From assembly GCA_002269645.1 (NCBI GenBank), contig NIVC01000571.1, positions 124,001 to 188,000 of the forward strand: a stretch of DNA of 64,000 nucleotides, given 5' to 3'. Both the position numbers and the translations under genes were made by a program. Origin of the DNA: Macrostomum lignano. Lineage: Eukaryota. The first letter of the stretch is position 1. Each line of letters begins with the position of its first letter. Of this stretch, positions 22,401 through 46,683 are shown in pieces. A model generated the notes under the pieces. It was not told the DNA's origin and did no database searches. It saw nothing but the letters and a program-made list of their open reading frames with translations.

Positions 22401-25042
22401 CACCTCTGCTCAGCTGGTCTGCGGCCAGAGCGACCTGAACCCCAGCCTGGGCATGTGGACTCCCGCCACTCTGGTGGTGTGCACGGGTGAGTCTGACCTT
22501 CCCAATCTGACCTGTCCAATCTGACCTGACCCGAACTGACCAGACCCAAACTGACCAAGCATTCTGCGCTATCCGCCCCTCTGCAGCCATCCGATGCAAG
22601 GGCGTCATGCCTTTCTACGACTTCACCAAGATGACGGCCTACAAAGCCTTCAACCGACTGAAGGACCGGTCCTTCACCTCGGACGAGAGCAACCGCTTCC
22701 CCTACTACCCGAACGAGGTGTCCCTCCGCTGCCGGCACGAGGGCAAATTTTTCATGGACCGCACCTACGACAAGGCGCTGAAGTGCGACCTGCCGAACAA
22801 CGGCACCAACACCACTGCCGTCTGGTTCCCATTCGGCGGCACCGTGCTCAGCAAGGACATCATGGACTGCAAACGTGAGTCCCGACTTGCGGCTTCTTGA
22901 AACAGTCGTTTTATACTACTCGCTAGGTAGTGGTGTTGGAGGCTTACCGATAGTTACTAACCTAAACTGAATCAACTAGATCATTCTGGCGGTAATGCAC
23001 AAAGCCTTAACTGAATCAACTAGATCATTCTGGCGGTAATGCACAAAGCCTAAACTGAATCAACTAGATCATTCTGGCGGTAATGCACAAAGCCTAAACT
23101 GAATCAACTAGATCATTCTGGCGGTAATGCACAAAGCCTAAACTGAATCAACTAGATCATTCTGGTGGTAATGCACAAAGCCTTAACTGAATCAACTAGA
23201 TCATTCTGGTGCTAACCAAACACCCTCCCCACCTCGCAGCCATCACCTGCCTGACCAAGGAGATCGTGCTCCTCACCCAGCAAGAGCATGTGCTCGTCTA
23301 CCTGCTGCAGTCCAACTTGAACGAGACGCTGATCATCACCAATCCCGACGACACCGTGGCCACGACCACCGTCTTGGACTTCGCCACCACCACGGAGTTC
23401 GACTACGGGGCTCGGGTTCGATTCACCTGCCAGAGCGGCTACCAGATGAACGCGCCGGGCGAGGGAGGACATGCGAAACTGGTGAACTCCACTGAAGTCA
23501 GCTGCATCAGCACCGGCACTTGGAGCTTCAGGATCTCATCCTGCATCAGTGGGTGCTGCACCGGAGCTCAACCTCTGGAATCGACACTGCCACTCACTCC
23601 AGCCCAGTGCCACTCACTCCAACCCAGCGCCACTCACTCCAATTCAGAGCCACTCGAATCCAATCCAGCGCCACTCCAATCCAATCCAGGGCCACTCCAA
23701 TCCATTTCAGCACCATTCCAATCCAATCCAGCGCCACTCCAATCCAACCCAGGGCCACTCCAATCCATTTCAGCACCATTCCAATCCAATCCAGCGCCAC
23801 TCCAATCCAACCCAGGGCCACTCCAATCCATTTCAGCACCATTCCAATCCAATCCAGCGCCACTCCAATCCAATCCAGTGCCAACCCAAACCAATCCAGT
23901 GCCACTCTAAACCAATCCAGTGCCACTCTAATCCAATCCAGTGCCAACCTAAACCAATCCAGCGCCACTCCAATCCAACCCAGGGCCACTCCAATCCATT
24001 TCAGCACCATTCCAATCCAATCCAGCGCCACTCCAATCCAACCCAGGGCCACTCCAATCCATTTCAGCACCATTCCAATCCAATCCAGCGCCACTCCAAT
24101 CCAATCCAGTGCCAACCCAAACCAATCCAGTGCCACTCTAAACCAATCCAGTGCCACTCTAATCCAATCCAGTGCCAACCTAAACCAATCCAGCGCCACT
24201 CCAATCCAACCAGGGCCACTCCAATCCATTTCAGCACCATTCCAATCCAATCCAGCGCCACTCCAATCCAACCCAGGGCCACTCCAATCCATTTCAGCAC
24301 CATTCCAATCCAATCCAGCGCCACTCCAATCCAATCCAGTGCCAACCCAAACCAATCCAGTGCCACTCTAAACCAATCCAGTGCCACTCTAATCCAATCC
24401 AGTGCCAACCTAAACCAATCCAGCGCCACTCCAATCCAACCCAGGGCCACTCCAATCCATTTCAGCACCATTCCAATCCAATCCAGTGCCACTCTAATCC
24501 AATCCAGTGCCAACCTAAACCAATCCAGTGCCAACCCAAACCAATCCAGTGCCACTCTAATCCAATCCAGTGTCACTCTAATCCAATCCAGTGTCACTCT
24601 AATCCAATCCAGTGCCACTCTAAACCAATCCAGTGTCACTCTAATCCAATCCAGTGCCACTCTAATCCAATCCAGTGCCACTCTAATCCAATCCAGTGCC
24701 ACTCTAATCCAATCCAGTGCCACTCTAATCCAATCCAGTGCCACTCTAATCCAATCCAGTGCCACTCCAATCCAATCCAGTGCCACTCCAATCCACCAAA
24801 TCCGCTGACCCGCAGAGCAAACGGAGGCTCTCCAGCTTACTGGTGGCGGGGTTCGCTACGTCCCTCCGGCCCAGGAGGCCGCGGGCGCCCAGTCGCTGGG
24901 CGTGGTGGTCATCATCATCCTGATCGCGTTCTTCGGCACCATCTTAATCCTGGACCTGGCCACTATCGCCAGAGACGTGAAGCTGCTGCGGACGAACCTC
25001 AAGCGGATCAAGCTGAAGGTCCAGCTGAAGAAGGCCAAGTAG
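19477..25042 (+). CDS. Type I membrane protein A: SP + C-type-lectin-like + 4 sushi/CCP-like + TM (628 aa); exons 19477-19504, 19781-20116, 20897-21079, 21315-21587, 22244-22486, 22587-22874, 23240-23548, 24816-25042
   Basis: Frame-continuous model, all introns phase 1 GT-AG. Signal peptide WILPLVLLTALLPACCRA; CTLD-like W..G/C-E-Y pattern; CCP motifs VRFNCAPGF, IPLQCKRGY, VRFTCQSGY..C...GTW; TM LGVVVIIILIAFFGTILIL and basic tail. Confidence 0.85.
20100..20790 (+). repeat. G-rich 28-30 bp intronic minisatellite containing the exon-2 donor junction
   Basis: Unit GG(C/T)CTCGTGTGATG|GTGAG..GGGCTTG matches exon-2 end GGCCTCGTGCGATG|GTGAGT (donor at 20117); about 24 copies. Confidence 0.92.
22960..23208. 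repeat. 44-bp intronic repeat CCTAAACTGAATCAACTAGATCATTCTGGCGGTAATGCACAAAG, about 5.5 copies
   Basis: Direct reading, intron 6 of gene A. Confidence 0.95.
23585..24800. repeat. C/A-rich compound minisatellite (CCACTCCAATCCAATCCAGTG family) in intron 7 of gene A
   Basis: Direct reading; higher-order block duplications visible. Confidence 0.95.
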
Positions 25043-25169
25043 CCTCCGCTGCGAAAAAAGCTTACTGATATCGAGAACAATGGAACTCTGTAATAGTAAA
25101 CATTTTTGAGCCCTGATTCCATGATTCATGGGATTTTCATCAATAGGATAATTTAATGCTATTGGGTTT

Positions 25170-25495
25170 TTGTTGGGATCTGCTGTTGTGATCTGCTGTT
25201 GGGATCAGCTGTTGGGATCTGCTGTTGTGATCTGCTGTTGGGATCAGCTGTTGGGATCTGCTGTTGTGATCTGCTGTTGGGATCAGCCGTTGGGATCTGC
25301 TTTTGGAATCTAACAATAAATTATAATGCTCCTGTATCTAAAAATAACGCAAATCTATAGCATGAAACTTTTGCACTAAAATAGTATTCTACTAGAAGTT
25401 TGATCCACTGCCATGGAACTGCCATGGAACTGCCATGGAACTGCCATGGAACTGCCATGGAACTGCCATGGAACTGCCATGGAACTGCCATGGAA
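25170..25495. repeat. Two short arrays: 13-bp CTGTTGGGATCTG (25170-25280) and 11-bp CTGCCATGGAA (25408-25495)
   Basis: Direct reading, intergenic. Confidence 0.9.
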
Positions 25496-26390
25496 CGGCG
25501 ACCTCACAGTCTTTGCCCAGAAAATTTGTATTCGTTAAAAAAGTATTGAAGAAAATCTGTTCCGAGTTCACGCGTCAAAACCCTGGAGCAGTTTTAGCGG
25601 CCTCAACAACTTGCTTTATGGAATGCCTCCGTTTATAAAGCCAACTCCGTCGGAAATTAATCCGGCAATGATTTCCGCATAAATACAGTTTTGAGACTCC
25701 CAACAGTTTGACTTTGACATCGCATGGCTCTGCGCTTAAGTTTGCCAAACTGACTCACTCACTCACTCTTTCCCTCTCAAAAGTTGATGAAGGAAGCGAA
25801 TTGCAAAGTTCTGGAGTCTTCCTGCTTTTCACCTCCCTACTTTGCAAATGAGGAAAAAAAGTTTTCTCAAGCATTTCCTGGCGGATTCTCTCGCAGAAGG
25901 CAGCAAAAAGCAATACGGGGCATGCAAGGGATGCAAGGAGGAGGCCCTAAGCTTGGCATTGATGAGGCAAGGAGGCTGGACGCAGGCGGAGGCAACCCTG
26001 GGACAAAGGGGAGGCTGAGTCGCCTTGTCTCCCGCGTCATGTCAGAAAATTTCCAGCCAGCGACTCCGCAGCAGGCGGGGGCTTCAATTTAATAATTCAT
26101 CGCGTGTCTTCGGAGTGCCTCCGAGACTGGAGACTAAGTGCCTCCCCCTGCCGCTCCGCCACTGCCGCCCCTTCGCCCCTTCACCCCCCGGTTGCTAGGG
26201 AAGCTTCTAAATCGAGAGAGCTTTTTTGCCAGCGATTGTCATTTATTTACCTGCTGACGCGCTGGTGACGGGGGTGGGGGGCGCCACTGCCTGCTGCAGC
26301 TACGCCGCATTTAGTTTGGCACTCTAACTGGCCGGCTCTCTGGCTTTGTCCGATAGAATCTTCTCTGCTGCCACCGGCTTCTCCAAGCTA

Positions 26391-29300
26391 ATGGCTTCAA
26401 TGAGGCTTCTGCTGCTGGCTTTTATGGGTGAGTAGCTGACGGAACTGTTTGTCAGGTACAGCAATGGGTCAGTTGCTGAAATGTCAGGTACAGCAGTGGG
26501 TCAGTTGCTGGAATGTCAGGTACAGCAGTGGGTCAGTTGCTGGAATGTCAGGTACAGCAGTGGGTCAGTTGCTGAAATGTCAGGTACAGCAGTGGGTCAG
26601 TTGCTGGAATGTCAGGTACAGCAGTGGATCAGTTGCTGGAATGTCAGGTACAGCAGTGGGTCAGTTGCTGGAATGTCAGGTACAGCAATGGGTCAGTTGC
26701 GGGAATGTCAGGTACAGCAGTGGGTCAGTTGCTGAAATGTCAGGTACAGCAGTGGATCAGTTGCTGGAATGTCAGGTACAGCAGTGGGTCAGTTGCCCAG
26801 TTATCGGGTTTATGTGTAGTTGAGGGTCAGGTTCCAGGTTGTCAGGCGCAGCACTAGCTGAGGCCGCAGTCACTCAGAGCCGCTGTGTCCCGCAGGCTTG
26901 GCCTGCCACCCATCGCTGGTGAGGGCCGCCAGCTCCTCCTGCCTGCCCGCCAGCCCTGGCTGGCAGATGCGCTACGAGCAGGACCTGGGAGTCTGCCACT
27001 ACTTCCGCGCCGCGGGCAGCCGGCAGCAGGTGAACTTCAGCACGGCCGAGAGCTGGTGCAGAGACGCCACCAGCGTGTCGAACTTGCCCAGCATTCGTCT
27101 GGTGCGCCTGAGCACCGACCAGCAGCGAACCCTGGTGGTGCGCGCCCTGACTCAGGTCGGCATCGGCTACAGCAACCTTTGGACCGAGGCCCAGTGCAAC
27201 GGTGAGAGACCTGGACGAGCCTTCATCGGGTTAATCAGTTTGTCAGTTTGCGGGGGCTTCGGGCATAATACTAGTAGCTCGCAATTGCAAGAGGGCTGTG
27301 GGTGCCCAGGAGCAACATCGCGACATCGTCATACAACCAGCGCGCTGAGGCAATTCTAGCCATTCCGCTGACACTCGGTGGAATGTACACTCTGCGGCTC
27401 TTGAGCTGCTCCGCCCCTCATCAGGTTGATGGAGTGGACGGAAACCAGGAATTTCCCCACTGTCTGTCAATTCCCGCAGGCTCGACAAACCGCTACTCCT
27501 GGGGCACCGGCAGCGAGGTCACCGAGCTGAAATCGGTGGCCTGCAACAGCTCGCTAGCCGTCAAGTTCACCGGACACGTCATCCCCGCCGCTGACGGCAG
27601 CTACAAGGTGAACAGCGTCTTCTCGGCCGTTACTCTGGACAACCTCGGCACCACCGTGTGCGAGTACGACGGTGAGTATACGCTGTGTGACCCGGCTTCA
27701 CGAGTTCTTCTTGTGTATCACAACGCCCACCTGCTCAATTAACGACCCGAGTAATTCAACATCTTCACCAATTCAACTACATCACAAATTCACCCACATC
27801 GCCAGTTCACCCAAATCACCAATAGGGGGGGGGGGTTCGAGGTTTTCGGGGTTTTGCACAATTATCAATTTTAAGTCGTTAATTAATGTTCAGCCAGTTC
27901 TGACTCTATGCAGAATGCGCAATGCGAACAATTTACTGTGACCTTCAGATATATGTAGGTTGTGTATTTGGGCAAGTGTATGATGTGTGTCAGTGTATCG
28001 CATTGAATTAGAAAGCTGTACGCATGGGAAAAGCACAACAGAGTTTTTTTCGCTAGCTTGTTGTCTGCTTGCCAAGGTACTCGTATGACTTGAATGCACA
28101 AAAACTTTTTACTCGTCAAAAGCACCTATGACTTCATTTACTTTTTATTTAACGTGAGATAAGGAAAGGAATTACCCAAAGCCAACATACTTTTCCAGGA
28201 ATCGGTGGCGTAAGCGCTTTTTCCCTCAGGGACTCTAGCAATTGCATTTAAATTTCCTGAACGGTTGAAAATGTATTATTGTTTGCATATTTAAAGAATA
28301 ATAACGCTGTGTTTTACGTCGGCGCCCAAACTAGTTTCCAATTAGAGTAAAGTACAAAGAAGCGATGTATTGTAACCAACTGGCGTATTTATTCAATAAA
28401 ATGGTTGACAATAAAATTCGAAGCTAGATTCGGGGTCTTGTCGGGTTTCGGTACCGGGTTCGGGGTTCGGGGTTTGAAAAAATGTTCGGGTCGGGGTACC
28501 GGGTTCGAGGTGCACCCGAACCTTGAAGAAATTGCCGAACACCTCGTCACCAATTCACCTAGGTTACCAAAATTCCTTAGTCTGCGGGAATAGGCATTAA
28601 GTGTCAGCTCAGGTCCCTGTCACATCGATAACGCCCTGCGACGAAATACGATTAAATCAGCTGTCCAATGTATTTACCGTTTTAACCTCCTGGATGGGGC
28701 AGAGCAGCTTAGCGGCCACATTAATTTGGGGCTTGGGCTCGAAAACTGGTCGGAGGCTGATGCGCGATTCACAACCCACGAGGGGCAACCCTTATTAGAA
28801 ATTAGGAAGTCAGGGTCGCTGTACACCCTGTGTGAGCTGTGTGAGAGTGTGTGCCTGCGTACAGTATCCGCGCGCTTGCATGTGCTCACGAGTCAGCGGA
28901 ATAAGCAGAATTCCCTCAGCGCGCTGGTTGTGGGATAATGTCCAGGCGTTGCGCCAGGGTGCCCACAGCCACCTTGCGATTGTGCATGCATAACCCTTCT
29001 GGATCCGCAGTTCCTCGCTGTGACATGTCCACTGCGAGCAACTTCAACTGGACTCGGATGCAGCCGGACGTCGATCCCATCGCCGACGGTCGGATCGTCA
29101 AGGCGGCCTGCGCCCCGGGCTTCTTCAGGACCAGCGAGGTGGACGGCACGGCGGACAGCCTGATCAGAAACCGCTACCGCTGTGAACACGTCAGCGATCC
29201 TGCCACCATCGGCACGGCGAATCTGGTGGCCATTAACAACACCGTTGTGGACTCTTGCAAGCGTGAGTGAGGCCTGGGATATTGGTGCGTGCGCACTCTT

Positions 29301-31633
29301 GCAAGCGTGAGTGAGGCCTGGGATATTGGTGCGTGCGCACTCTTGCAAGCGTGAGTGAGGCCTGGGATATTGGTGCGTGCGCACTCTTGCAAGCGTGAGT
29401 GAGGCCTGGGATATTGGTGCGTGCGCACTCTTGCAAGCGTGAGTGAGGCCTGGGATATTGGTGCGTGCGCACTCTTGCAAACGTGAGTGAGGCCTGGGAT
29501 ATTGGTGCGTGCGCACTCTTGCAAGCGTAAGTGAGGCCTGGGATATTGGTGCGTGCGCACTCTTGCAACAGTGGGAACATCAATGATTTCTAAGACCAAT
29601 CGTGCATAAAATTTTACAACAGCACAGAGATTTGTACATCGCTGTGACACGCCAACCCTTTCGCGCTCCAGCCATGAGCTGCCAGGGCAGCGTGCTGCTG
29701 AACCTCAACCTGCAGGTGGACTTCAAGGAGACGTACCGGAACCGGATCGACCCGAACCGCGAGTACCTGTTCGGCGAGTCCATCCCGGTCGAGTGCAAGA
29801 CTGGCTACGTGAAGATCACCAACCGTACGGACATCAACTCCACCATCGACTGTCGTCAGAACGCACTGAAGCCGAACGAGGGCCAGTGGGACCCCATCTT
29901 CTGCACCCGTGAGTCCGGGGACTGGATCAGATTTTCTATCATCCTACTATTAGGCAGTAGTATAGGATTCTGTAAATTAATAATCATTTAAAATAGAAAA
30001 AAACTGAAACATAGCTCATAGAAAACCAATGTTGAGCAAGTTAGCTACATCGCTCATACACTTCCAGTAGCCAGGAATGCACTCCAATAGCCAGAAGCAG
30101 TCAGAAAAGTCCCACAAAATAGGCGCAGACAATAATATCTTTTGGGAAATTGCCAAGGACGGCGAATCGCCAAAAACCTTCCCTCCTCGCAGCCGTCGGG
30201 TGCAACAAGTCGGCAATGTCAGGCGCCTACGACTACAACACCATGCAGATGTACAAGGCCTACGACCGGCTCAAGGACCGCACCTACACTTCGTCCGAGA
30301 CGCACATGTTTCCCTACTACCCCAACACCGTGTACGTGCGCTGCTCCACTCCCGGCCAGTTTTTCAGGGACCGAAAGTACGACAAGACCTTCCAGTGCAA
30401 CCTGGTGCCGAACAGCACCATCGAGGCCACGTGGAGCCCCGTGGAGGGCACTCTGGAGTCCTCCATGCAGTGCCAGCGTGAGTTTGTGGCCCTTGGCGGC
30501 CGCTCTTGGCTGCACAGTTGTCCGAAGCAAAAGTCCCAGGACGAGCTTATAAAGCTTGACTCCCCATAAGCCGCCCCTTTTCTCAAGAAGGCTCAAAAGA
30601 TTGAAATACTCGCTGGTCTAGCGATTCCAGCTTTGAGCAGTCCTTGACCTTGAAGCCCGGGTGGCTTTTTAAGCACTCGCGTACTCTTGAGCTTAGGGCT
30701 CAAGCTTGAGATACAACTCGATCCTCATTCGAGTCCAGTTAGGTACGCACTTCAGTACGCATGCACTCTCCACCCGCAGCTATAACGTGCCTGACAAACG
30801 AGCTGGTGGCCATGAGCTACCGAGCAACAATTCAGGATTACCTCACCAAAGGCAACTTCAACTCTTGCGTCACCCTCACTGACGACACCGGCCTGGAGAC
30901 TAAAGTCCCCTTGAAGGATTTCCTCTCGGCGTCCGAGTATAAGTACACGGTGTCCGTTCGATTCGACTGCCAGAGCGGATTCGCCATGTCGACCGTGAAT
31001 GACACCACCGGAAAGTTCATGTCCGTGAGCAGCATGCAGACGAGCTGCAGCTCCGTCGGCTCCTGGAACAAAATAATCAGCGAGTGCATCAGTGAGAATC
31101 TGATAATCTGTCCCTGCAATGCCGGGGATCTTGATTCTGAGATGACCATGATTGAAGATTGTGAATTGTGATGAATACAGCGTCAAAAAATGTTTTTGTC
31201 GTTTGAATTCCTGTTTTCTGAAAACTCACCAAATGTCTGTTTCCTGGAAACTCATCAAATTTCTGTTTCCTGGAAACTAATTGAATGCCTGTTTCCTGGA
31301 AACTCACCAAATGTCTGTTTCCTGGAAACTAATTGAATGCCTGTTTGCTGGAAACTAATTGAATGCCTGTTTCCTGGAAACTCATTGTGAATACCTGTGT
31401 TCCCCGCAGAGATGTCCGCCGCCATCGACGCCACCTCGGGCAAGAAGTTCGTGCCGGAGCCGAAGGAGGCCGGCTCGGCGCAGTCTCTGGGCGCCACCGT
31501 CATCGTCATCCTGGTGGTGTTCTTCACGCTGATCGTGGTGCTGGATATCGCTACGCTGTCCCGTGACATCAAGCTGCTGAAGCAGAACATCCGGCGCCTG
31601 AAGCTCAAGGCCAGCATGAAGAAGAACTCCTGA
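26391..31633 (+). CDS. Type I membrane protein B, tandem paralog of A (614 aa); exons 26391-26427, 26896-27201, 27480-27671, 29011-29262, 29672-29908, 30193-30477, 30780-31091, 31410-31633
   Basis: Same 8-exon all-phase-1 structure and domain order as gene A. Shared motifs RLKDR..TS.E...FPYYPN, FF.DR.YDK and AQSLG...LD(L/I)AT..RD(V/I)KLL..N..R.KLK. Confidence 0.87.
26449..26790 (+). repeat. 32-bp intronic repeat GTCAGGTACAGCAGTGGGTCAGTTGCTGGAAT, about 10-11 copies
   Basis: Direct reading, intron 1 of gene B. Confidence 0.95.
28425..28545. mobile_element. Possible hAT/MITE subterminal motif cluster (GGGTTCGGG) in intron 3 of gene B
   Basis: Dense TTCGGG/CCCGAA motifs typical of hAT-type MITE subtermini; no matching second end or TSD found. 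Confidence 0.3.
29251..29570 (+). repeat. 44-bp repeat spanning the exon-4 donor of gene B, 7 full copies
   Basis: Unit ACTCTTGCAAGC|GTGAGTGAGGCCTGGGATATTGGTGCGTGCGC; first copy includes the true exon end (donor 29263). Confidence 0.97.
31205..31385. repeat. 26-bp-family repeat TGCCTGTTTCCTGGAAACTAATTGAA in intron 7 of gene B
   Basis: Direct reading. Confidence 0.85.
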
Positions 31634-32933
31634 AGCAGCGATTGATTTGACTTGAAGCGGATGTTTGAGAAGCTGAGAACTCACTTGGCCCTTTATCTAA
31701 TAACCCTCAGGTGCGCCCAAATCGAGTCGAAAGATTTTGAGTCGAGTCGAGCCAGATTTTGCGAACGAACAGCTGAAGGATGAAACATCTTCAATATATG
31801 CACTTTAGCTTTGCTGTCGTGCCGAATTCGATGTACTTTTATTTTTTCATTTTTTTCTCTTAATAACAATCGCAGATTCTAAACTCTTAAGGCTTAACTC
31901 GATACGCTTATATGCTACTCTTTTCTAAGTAGTTGAAAATTTCGGTAAAAACGCTGTTAGAACTGTTGTAACTCTGTCGTTAGAGGAAATTTTGTCACAC
32001 ACTAAATTAGTGTCTAATTAGTTAGACGATTAGGTTGAGGTTAGTTTTAGGGTTAGGCGTAGATTGCCTCTAGTTACAGGTCATAGTTATTAGCCTATAG
32101 ATTTAAGCGTCTTGATATAGTCTCTAGATATAGCTCGTAGCCTCTAGATACAATCTCTATACATAGCCACTAGAGTTAGGCCTTTAGATCTATCTATCTG
32201 GCCTCTAGATATAGCCTAGATATCGGCTCTAGATATAGCCTTCAAATTTAGCCTCTAGTTATTATGGCCTCTAGTGGAGTGTTCAGTGCATTAGTATTGA
32301 CGCAAATTAATGTCAACTAATATCTAAAAGTCTCTCATTAAAGTTGCCCTCTAAGATTTTCACCATGCCGCTCTTGTAATTGATTTTACAAGAAGTTCAA
32401 CCGTTTCGAAATGGCGCGAGCAGGCCAGTCTTATCAAATAAAGTGAATCGCGCTGTCTGTCTCATTTTAACTCGTATGGCTCGTGCTTCGCCTTCTGTTC
32501 GCCCCAAGCGCAGTTGGCAGAGCCCTGCGGGACCAGGCTGATTGCTAATATTGGCTTATCTGGGCCCACGTGGCTCTCCGAGTGCTCAGATTATTTTCAC
32601 CTGCTCGATTCTCTTATCAACACGGACTGCTGGCGTGCAGCAGCAGCAGCTTTTGACTCTGCGCTTTGAACAGCGGCCCCTCCACCCCCCGAGCCTCCCT
32701 GCTGATAAGCCAATCTGTAAACCCCGCCCTGCAGTCACGCTTTGCTCTGCTCACTCGAGCTCCACCCCGCTCTCCCTGATCTCCTACTTCTGCTGCTGTT
32801 TCTTAAAAACCGGAGACCCGCAAAAGGTGCGCAGTGTGCCGGGCAGCCCCTGCTAGCAACTGAGCTTAGAGTATCGCATTGTAACTCCAGTGACGGGCAG
32901 AGACCGAGAAAAAGCAGGCCTGCAAGAAAGCCA

Positions 32934-44424
<11,491 letters not shown>

Positions 44425-44929
44425 CTGCCAAAAACCATAATGACAGAAAGCCCAGAAGATTAATTAAACTGCACTAGCAGAGACCCATACCTGTGATTGA
44501 GCGAATACTCCTGAGCATTGTACAGACAGGTGTCACCCATGTGCTATTTGAGTGCACTGGGTATATGAAGATCATTCATTGATTGGCGTTGCATTGCTAC
44601 CCTTTAATACGAGCCTTGTTTAATTTTCCAATGACAGAGCGCTGAGGCCGTTCAAATATTGAAATTATTTTAATTTAAATTACACATTTAAACAATATTA
44701 GCGGTGGATTTTTTGCGGTAATCACATATACCCTCATCATACTTTATATTTATGTATTTTATAAACAATTTACGGTTTTAGAGTTAAATTTCTTTACTTA
44801 TAGTAAAATTTGCTCACGTTGAATGCCTTCTGTTGCCATCGAAGTCTGCTACGAGTATTATGTGATGAATATACTACTGAGTAACTCAAAGTATTCAGTA
44901 GTATTGGTGCAAATCTCTTTATATAGTGG

Positions 44930-46490
44930 ATGATGATGGGATATTTAATATTAGATCAATATCTGGATGATGGGATCTCTAATTTTAGGTCAATGCCTGG
45001 GTGATAGGATCTCTAATTGTAGATCAATACCTGGATGATGGGATCTCTAATTGTTGACTAATACCTGGATGATGGGATCTCTAATTGTAGGTCAATGTCT
45101 GGGTGATGGGATCTCCAATTGTAGGTCAATATCTGGATGATGGGATCTCTAATTGTAAGTCAATGCCTGGATGATTGGATCTCTAACTGTAGATCAATAC
45201 CTGGATGATGGGATCTCTAATTGTTGACTAATACCTGGATGATAGGATCTCCAATTGTAGATCAATACCTGGATGATGGGATCTGTAATTGTAGATCAGT
45301 GCCTGGATGATGGGATCTCTAATTGTAGATCAATACCTGGATTATGGGATCTCCAATTGTAGGTCAATACCTGGATGATGGGATCTCTAATTGTAGATCA
45401 ATACCTGGATGATGGGATCTCTAATTGTAGGTCAATGCCTGGGTGATGGGATCTCTAATTGTAGGTCAATACCTGGATGATGGGATCTCTAATTGTAGGT
45501 CAATGTCTGGGTGATGGGATCTCCAATTGTAGGTCAATGCCTGGGTGATGGGATCTCTAACTGTAGATCAATACCTGGATGATGGGATCTCTAATTGTTG
45601 ACTAATACCTGGATGATGGGATCTCTAATTGTAGGTCAATGTCTGGGTGATGGGATCTCTAATTTTAGGTCAATGCCTGGGTGATAGGATCTCTAATTGT
45701 AGATCAATACCTGGATGATGGGATCTCTAATTGTTGACTAATACCTGGATGATGGGATCTCTAATTGTAGGTCAATGTCTGGGTGATGGGATCTCCAATT
45801 GTAGGTCAATATCTGGATGATGGGATCTCTAATTGTAAGTCAATGCCTGGATGATTGGATCTCTAACTGTAGATCAATACCTGGATGATGGGATCTCTAA
45901 TTGTTGACTAATACCTGGATGATGGGATCTCCAATTGTAGATCAATACCTGGATGATGGAATTTCTAATTGTAGGTCAATGCCTGGGTGATGGGATCTCT
46001 AACTGTAGATCAATACCTGGATGATGGGATCTCTAATTGTTGACTAATACCTGGATGATAGGATCTCCAATTGTAGATCAATACCTGGATGATGGGATCT
46101 CTAATTGTAGATCAATACCTGGATTATGGGATCTCCAATTGTAGGTCAATACCTGGATGATGGGATCTCTAATTGTAGATCAATACCTGGATGATGGGAT
46201 CTCTAATTGTAGGTCAATGCCTGGGTGATGGGATCTCCAATTGTAGGTCAATGCCTGGGTGATGGGATCTCTAATTGTAGATCAATCCCTGGATGATGGG
46301 ATCTCTAATTGTAGATCAATACCTGGATGATGGGATCTCTAATTGTAGATCAATCCCTGGATGATGGGATCTGTAATTGTAGGCCAATGCCTGGATGATG
46401 GGATCTGTAATTGTAGGCCAATGCCTGGATGATGGGATCTCCAATTGTAGGCTAATGCCTGGATGATGGGATCTCTATCGTAGGTCAATA
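44930..46490. repeat. 34-bp intergenic minisatellite GATGGGATCTCTAATTGTAGGTCAATACCTGGAT, about 45 copies
   Basis: Direct reading; a higher-order block duplication is apparent. Confidence 0.96.
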
Positions 46491-46683
46491 CATGGATTGC
46501 TTCCACTCCAAACACCAATATGACGGCTCCGTGTTCCCCAGAGCCTTCACGGCAGTGCTTAGTCTATGGCCAGAGACAAGAAAGTGGCTTGAAGGGATGC
46601 GAAATTGACTGGGAGGTGGAATAATAACAAGGGAATAATAAACCAGCAATCTCGAACGCCCTGCAACCAGTCTGCATCACGGA

